Assembly: GCA_012728375.1 (NCBI GenBank)
Contig: JAAYFF010000003.1
Location: 5,427-69,426, forward strand
Length of the DNA: 64,000 nucleotides
From: Bacillota bacterium
GTDB lineage: Bacteria; Bacillota; Dethiobacteria; DTU022; UBA8154
Direction: 5' to 3'
Shown here: positions 59,049 through 64,000 of the stretch, piece after piece
How positions within the stretch are numbered: the first letter of the stretch is position 1
Layout of the letters: each line of letters starts with the position of its first letter
Notes under the pieces: generated by a model
Seen by the model: the letters and a program-made list of their open reading frames with translations, nothing else
Told to the model about the DNA's origin: nothing
Databases searched by the model: none
Made by a program: the position numbers and the translations under genes

Positions 59049-59095
59049 TGTTGACTCTGAAATATTTATTTTGTAATATTAACTTGTACCGTTAA

Positions 59096-59110
59096 TGCAA
59101 ATCATTTGCA
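59096..59110 (+). promoter_or_regulatory. Fur-family (Zur-like) 7-1-7 operator
   Basis: TGCAAAT-C-ATTTGCA just downstream of TTGACT-N17-TAATAT and upstream of znuC. Confidence 0.7.
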
Positions 59111-59136
59111 ATAACAAATTGGGAGGTTTGCCGTGC

Positions 59137-59895
59137 ATGCTGAGCAGCCCGGTTGTGGAAACGATTAATATGAATGTTATACTGGGAAAGCACCGGGTCC
59201 TGGAAGATATCAACCTTGTTATCGAGTCCGGAGAGATGGTCGGCATTATCGGCCCAAATGGTGCAGGAAAGACAACTCTCATGAGAGTGTTATTAGGCCT
59301 GTTGAAACCCACTTCAGGACAGGTTAAATTATTTGGCGCAAGTCCGGACAGAATGGGAAAAAAACGCGATCGCGTCGGGTATATGCCCCAAAGTCCGGTT
59401 TTTAGCCGCCACTTTCCCCTTTCCTGCCTGGATGTTGTGACAATGGGTTCGTTTACAGCAACGTCTCTGGGCAGGCTGTTTACCGGTCAAATGCGGGAAA
59501 AGGCCCTCCGCTGCCTTGAAATGGTTGGTTTGCTTCCTCTAAAAAATAAACCCTTTGCTGAGCTTTCGGGTGGACAGCAACAGCGGGTTCTTCTGGCCAG
59601 AGCCCTGGTCAAAGACCCTCTTCTTTTACTTCTGGATGAACCTAATGCAGGCCTGGATCTGCCCACGCAAAATCACTTTTTTGCCCTGCTGAAAGAGTTA
59701 CAGTCCCGTTACGGCCTGACTGTGGTCATAGTATCACATGACCTGGTAATGATCTCCCGTTATGCAGGGCGTTTAATCTGTATTAACCGGACAATGCATC
59801 TACACGGAGAACCCCTGGATGTTCTTCAAAGTTCTGACCTGGGAAAAGCATACCGCTGTGAATTAGATTTTCTTTGTGGAAAAGTGGGGGTCTAG
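59137..59895 (+). CDS. znuC: Zn/Mn ABC transporter ATP-binding protein (ZnuC-like)
   Basis: GPNGAGKTT, LSGGQQQR, LDEP, C-terminal HLH. Confidence 0.88.
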   Translation: MLSSPVVETINMNVILGKHRVLEDINLVIESGEMVGIIGPNGAGKTTLMRVLLGLLKPTSGQVKLFGASPDRMGKKRDRVGYMPQSPVFSRHFPLSCLDVVTMGSFTATSLGRLFTGQMREKALRCLEMVGLLPLKNKPFAELSGGQQQRVLLARALVKDPLLLLLDEPNAGLDLPTQNHFFALLKELQSRYGLTVVIVSHDLVMISRYAGRLICINRTMHLHGEPLDVLQSSDLGKAYRCELDFLCGKVGV

Positions 59896-59899
59896 AGCA

Positions 59900-60757
59900 G
59901 TGGAAATTTTTCAGTATGGTTTTATGCAGAGAGCATTTATCGCAGTAATTATGGTCAGCCTGCTTTGTTCCACGTTGTCTTTTTTTGTTGTTCTGAACAG
60001 GCTTGCTTTTATGGGAGCAGGAATCTCCCATGCCATACTCGGCGGAATGGCTATCGGGGTGCTAACAGGAATTAATCCTCTTTATACGGGAAGCATCCTT
60101 GCTGTTTTGCTGGCGCTTTTAATCGGTTACATGAGCCGTTATGGCAATATACATGAGGATACGTTAATCGGCATTTTTTTTGCTGCGGGGATGGCTTTCG
60201 GGATAGCGCTGATCAGTTTGAAGGATGGTTATTACCCAGAATTATTCAGCCTCTTATTTGGAAATGTGCTGGCAGTTTCCGGGCAGGACTTGTGGTTCCT
60301 GGCAGGGGTGATGCTGCTGATACTCCTTTTTATATCATTTTTTTTTAAAGAACTTTTAACCATATCTTTTGATGAAGAACTGGCCAGGGCTAACGGTCTT
60401 CCTTCCACCGCTCTCTACCTGGGTCTTCTGGCATCGCTGGCCCTCACTGTAGTGGTTTCTGTTGTTGTGGTGGGAGTGGTTCTTTCTTCCGCGCTGCTGG
60501 TAATCCCCGCTGCCTCCGGATTCAGGTTCAGCAGAAACTACCGCTTGATGCTCTTCTTTTCGGTAATTACGGGCCTATCCAGCGGCCTGGCGGGTTTAAC
60601 AGCTTCTTATTATTACGATATTCCCTCTGGTGCTTCCATCGTTCTTTGCGCAGCAGCCATTTTTTTTAGTTCCTTTTTGCCGCTTCTTTTCCGGAAGATA
60701 TGCTTCATCTTTCGTAAAATTTCATTCAGCCTTTCCAACAAAAAAACATTGACTTAA
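59900..60757 (+). CDS. znuB: Zn/Mn ABC transporter permease (ZnuB-like)
   Basis: GAGISHAILGG, LLFGNVL, SFDEELARANG. Confidence 0.88.
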   Translation: MEIFQYGFMQRAFIAVIMVSLLCSTLSFFVVLNRLAFMGAGISHAILGGMAIGVLTGINPLYTGSILAVLLALLIGYMSRYGNIHEDTLIGIFFAAGMAFGIALISLKDGYYPELFSLLFGNVLAVSGQDLWFLAGVMLLILLFISFFFKELLTISFDEELARANGLPSTALYLGLLASLALTVVVSVVVVGVVLSSALLVIPAASGFRFSRNYRLMLFFSVITGLSSGLAGLTASYYYDIPSGASIVLCAAAIFFSSFLPLLFRKICFIFRKISFSLSNKKTLT

Positions 60758-60829
60758 TATTTTCCTTGACGCAGGGTTTTCTTACTGATACGGTATAATC
60801 AGATATCAAAATTGTAAAGGTGACCGGAT

Positions 60830-61255
60830 ATGGGAACTAATTTAGAGAAAACAGCTTGTGATCTTTTAACGGGGAGTGGTTTGAAGAAAACTACCGGTAG
60901 GATCGCCTTGCTTAAACTGCTTCTCAAGGCCAAAAAGCCCCTTACGCAACAGGAAATCTCCAACAGCCTGTCCGGTGTAAATTTTAATTACGTCAGTATT
61001 TACCGTTCTCTGGATGCATTTCTTAAAGCCGGAATCGTCCATAAGGTTGAAGCCGGAGACGGAAACCGGCGCTTTGCTGTCTGCAGTTGCGGCAGCAGCA
61101 GCCATTGCCACCCGCATTTTATTTGCCGCTCGTGCGGGATGGTGGAGTGTCTCAGAGAGCTCAAAATTCCGGAGCTGAGAGAGCTGAAATCCGGATATGT
61201 GGCTGAAGAGCAGGAAATTTATATTAGGGGTATTTGTGCCAATTGCTCATCTTGA
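60830..61255 (+). CDS. Fur family regulator (Zur-like)
   Basis: SIYRSLDAF, HPHFICRSCG, RGICANC; follows znuCB. Confidence 0.88.
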   Translation: MGTNLEKTACDLLTGSGLKKTTGRIALLKLLLKAKKPLTQQEISNSLSGVNFNYVSIYRSLDAFLKAGIVHKVEAGDGNRRFAVCSCGSSSHCHPHFICRSCGMVECLRELKIPELRELKSGYVAEEQEIYIRGICANCSS

Positions 61256-61267
61256 TTTTTTTAAAGC

Positions 61268-62051
61268 ATGAGGGAAAAATTGCGTTCACTTCTGCAGGGT
61301 TTTTTAATCGGCCTTTCCATTGTCCTGCCCGGAATGAGCGGGGGAACGGTTATTCTTATTCTGGGATTATACGAAAAAAGCATAAGAGACCTTTCCCGGC
61401 TCAATTTAAAACCTTATATCATCATAGGGCTGGGAGTGCTGGTTGGAATATTTGCAGGCGGTCAGGTATTTGCCCAGCTCTTTATCTTATACAGGGATCC
61501 GACGGCTGCCTTTTTTTTAGGGATTATACTCGCTTCAATTAAAGCGCTTTTTAGAGGTCGTCCCACCCTGAATCCTGCCCGCGTCTTTATCGTGCTGGGG
61601 GGGCTTCCTCTTGGTGCAGGAACCCGTCTTTATTATGGGCAAAAGCGAAGTTCTCTGGCCGGTACTTATTGTTGCCGGCGCGCTATCCACTGCAACAATG
61701 CTGCTTCCAGGCGTCCCGGGAAGCGCTGTCCTTATCGTGATGGGCATGTACGATGATATACTCTTTTATCTTAAAGAATTTTTACTGGTAGAACTCCTTC
61801 TTTTCGGAGCAGGGTCTGTAGTGGGTATTCTTTTATTTGCCCGTGTCCTTGAAAAGGTATATTTTAAGCATCAGGTTTTCTTTGCCTTTTTGTTTGCCGG
61901 TCTTATTGCAGGTTCGTCGTGGGCTGTTTTCCCAACAGTCTGGGGGCTTCTGGAAGTTTTGCTCTTTTTGGCCGGTTTTGGCCTGATCTGGTTTTGGGAA
62001 GGGAAAGAACGAGTTAACAGGAGCAGGGATGGGGAACACGGAAAAAATTAA
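61268..62051 (+). pseudogene. DUF368 family membrane protein, frameshifted at a G7 tract
   Basis: PGMSGGT in the first frame, LPGVPGS in the second; removing one G from 61597-61603 gives a continuous LGGFLLVQEP frame. Confidence 0.8.
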
Positions 62052-62160
62052 CAATTAGCCGGAAAGCCTGCGGCCGGCTGAGGCAATGTTATTTGACACT
62101 TTATCTGCAAAAGTATAAAGTGTAAATGTTATATAAATGGTTAAAGGAGGCATTTGTTAT

Positions 62161-62577
62161 TTGAAATCTTTTCGGGAATACCTCTATTTTGAAACAGCTA
62201 ACAGGGTTGAGTTTATCAACATTACACCCCGCGTCCAAGAAATCGTAGATAAAAGCGGAATTAAAGAAGGCCTTTGCCTTGTCAATGCGATGCATATAAC
62301 CGCGAGCGTATTTATTAATGATGATGAGAGCGGTCTGCACAGGGATTTTAAGGTTTGGCTGGAGAAACTTGCCCCCCATGAGCCTGTTTCGCAATATGCC
62401 CATAACGGTTTGGAAGACAATGCAGATGCCCATTTAAAAAGACAGATCATGGGCAGGGAGGTAGTTGTTGCCATAACAGAGGGCAAACTTGATTTTGGGC
62501 CTTGGGAGCAGATCTTTTACGGCGAATTTGACGGGCAGCGTAGAAAAAGGGTGCTGGTAAAAGTAATTGGCGAATGA
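62161..62577 (+). CDS. YjbQ / UPF0047 family protein
   Basis: [31 protein letters not shown]; TTG after AAGGAGG. Confidence 0.92.
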   Translation: MKSFREYLYFETANRVEFINITPRVQEIVDKSGIKEGLCLVNAMHITASVFINDDESGLHRDFKVWLEKLAPHEPVSQYAHNGLEDNADAHLKRQIMGREVVVAITEGKLDFGPWEQIFYGEFDGQRRKRVLVKVIGE

Positions 62578-62604
62578 CCGGGGGAGGGTATCTACTCAGC
62601 TCTT

Positions 62605-63354
62605 ATGATTACGATCAAAAGTAAAAGGGAAATACAGTTGATGCATGAGGCAGGGAAACTCTTGGCCTCCTGTCATAAGGAGATTGCAAAAATAATAAAG
62701 GCAGGTATTACCACATTAGAAATAGATGCTTTTGTAGAAGAATATTTGGCAAAACATGGTGCCACACCGGAGCAAAAAGGTTATAAAGGTTATCCTTATG
62801 CAACATGTGCATCAGTTAATGATGAAATATGTCATGGGTTTCCTACAGATAACCCCTTAAAAGAGGGGGATATTGTAACTATTGATATGGTTGTCAATTT
62901 GAACGGAGGGCTGGCGGACTCTGCCTGGACACATGTTGTCGGCAATATTTCCGAAATCGCCAAGCGTCTCCTCAAAGTAACTAAAGAATCTTTATATTTA
63001 GGCATAAAACAGGCTTTACCCGGAAATAGAATCGGAGATATCGGGCATGCCATACAAACATATGTTGAAGCAGAAGGTTTTTCTGTTGTAAGAGATTTTA
63101 CCGGCCATGGAATAGGCCACAATATGCACGAGGATCCACATGTTCCTCATTATGGTGTAAAGGACAGGGGCCCCCGTTTAGATGAGGGAATGGTTATTAC
63201 AATCGAACCGATGGTTAATGTGGGTACCTGGCGCTGCAAAATAGATGCCAACGGGTGGACCGCTAGAACGGCCGATGGAAAACTTTCTGCCCAATTTGAG
63301 CATACCGTCGCTATAACAAAAAATGGACCGCTAATTTTAACTGAGCAATTATAA
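62605..63354 (+). CDS. map: Methionine aminopeptidase type I
   Basis: CASVNDEICHGFP, DSAWT, GHGIG, HEDP, TIEPMVN, AQFEHT. Confidence 0.97.
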   Translation: MITIKSKREIQLMHEAGKLLASCHKEIAKIIKAGITTLEIDAFVEEYLAKHGATPEQKGYKGYPYATCASVNDEICHGFPTDNPLKEGDIVTIDMVVNLNGGLADSAWTHVVGNISEIAKRLLKVTKESLYLGIKQALPGNRIGDIGHAIQTYVEAEGFSVVRDFTGHGIGHNMHEDPHVPHYGVKDRGPRLDEGMVITIEPMVNVGTWRCKIDANGWTARTADGKLSAQFEHTVAITKNGPLILTEQL

Positions 63355-63524
63355 CAAATGAAAGAGGAATGTTAGTCTAATGTGCGGGGACACACCTCTT
63401 GCAGAGGAATGTCCCCAATAAGATGACACAATATTTAGTTAAATCGGGTGTTTTTAAGACCGGTGAAGCCCGCTACTGTATTCGAAAAGTCTGTTCCAAA
63501 AGTGTAAAGAAAAGAGAAATTTTT

Positions 63525-64000
63525 GTGAAAATATATTTAATCCGTCACGGTAGAACAAAAGATAATGAAGAAAAGCGCTTTGTGGGCTGGCAGGACACCG
63601 ATCTGTCCGAAGAGGGTTGCCTGCAGGCGGAAAAGCTGGCTCTGCGGTTTCAAGACAAGAAAATAGGCGCTCTCTACAGCAGCGATTTACTCCGGGCTAT
63701 CAAAACCGCGGAGATTTTAGGGAAAAAACAGGGGATTAAACCGAGAAAAAGTAACATGCTGCGCGAGATAAATTTTGGAGAGTGGGAAGGTCTTACCTAT
63801 GAAGAAATTATGCATTCTTACAAAAAAGAGGCGCAAAAGTGGCTTAAAAACCCTTTATTATATTCCCCTCCCGGCGGAGAATCCCTTTTGCAGGTTTATG
63901 CCAGGATGGAAAAATTCCTGAATTCTCTTTCTCCGCCGGAGAATAATGATGAGGCGATTGTTCTTGTAAGCCATGGAGGTGCTATTCTTTCAGTTCTTCA
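63525..64000 (+). CDS. Histidine phosphatase family protein (runs off the window end)
   Basis: GTG start, IYLIRHG, YSSDLLRA, EINFGEWEG, PGGES, VSHGG. Confidence 0.9.
   Translation, partial: MKIYLIRHGRTKDNEEKRFVGWQDTDLSEEGCLQAEKLALRFQDKKIGALYSSDLLRAIKTAEILGKKQGIKPRKSNMLREINFGEWEGLTYEEIMHSYKKEAQKWLKNPLLYSPPGGESLLQVYARMEKFLNSLSPPENNDEAIVLVSHGGAILSVL

Overview
Chromosomal window from an endospore-forming, clostridia-like Bacillota bacterium. Evidence for sporulation: spoVM next to rpmB, an alpha/beta SASP, ylbJ-ylbK-ylbL synteny, yqhV and a LysM/SleB-type hydrolase. It is mostly housekeeping and metabolic DNA: dnaE-pfkA, rsmD-coaD, rnpB, tRNA-Leu(CAA), a T-box-controlled trpDCFBA operon lacking trpEG, a sigma54-controlled GNAT-acsA unit, trehalose/alpha-glucan genes, asnB, znuCB-zur and map. 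I found no integrase, transposase, prophage structural genes or CRISPR array. Three observations stand out. (1) An autocleavage-competent XRE/S24 (LexA/CI-like) repressor lies next to an Mrr-like membrane protein and a ComK-family gene, and a shared CGCTTA operator-like motif overlaps both the repressor and comK promoters. (2) A Trp-rich (WLWRW) leader ORF lies between the Trp T-box terminator and trpD and runs out of frame over the trpD start. (3) The acsA terminator-like hairpin has a 31-nt loop that is an inverted 12-codon fragment (AEDPLFILYTSG) apparently from a different acetyl-CoA synthetase gene. Also noted: an orphan BREX-3 brxF, an orphan permuted DNA methyltransferase coupled to a Cys-cluster protein, a duplicated tRNA 5' end, a 32-bp perfect REP-like palindrome, an unassigned structured RNA candidate, and a G7-tract frameshift in a DUF368 gene. 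Family assignments come from motifs recognised by eye; no database searches were run.
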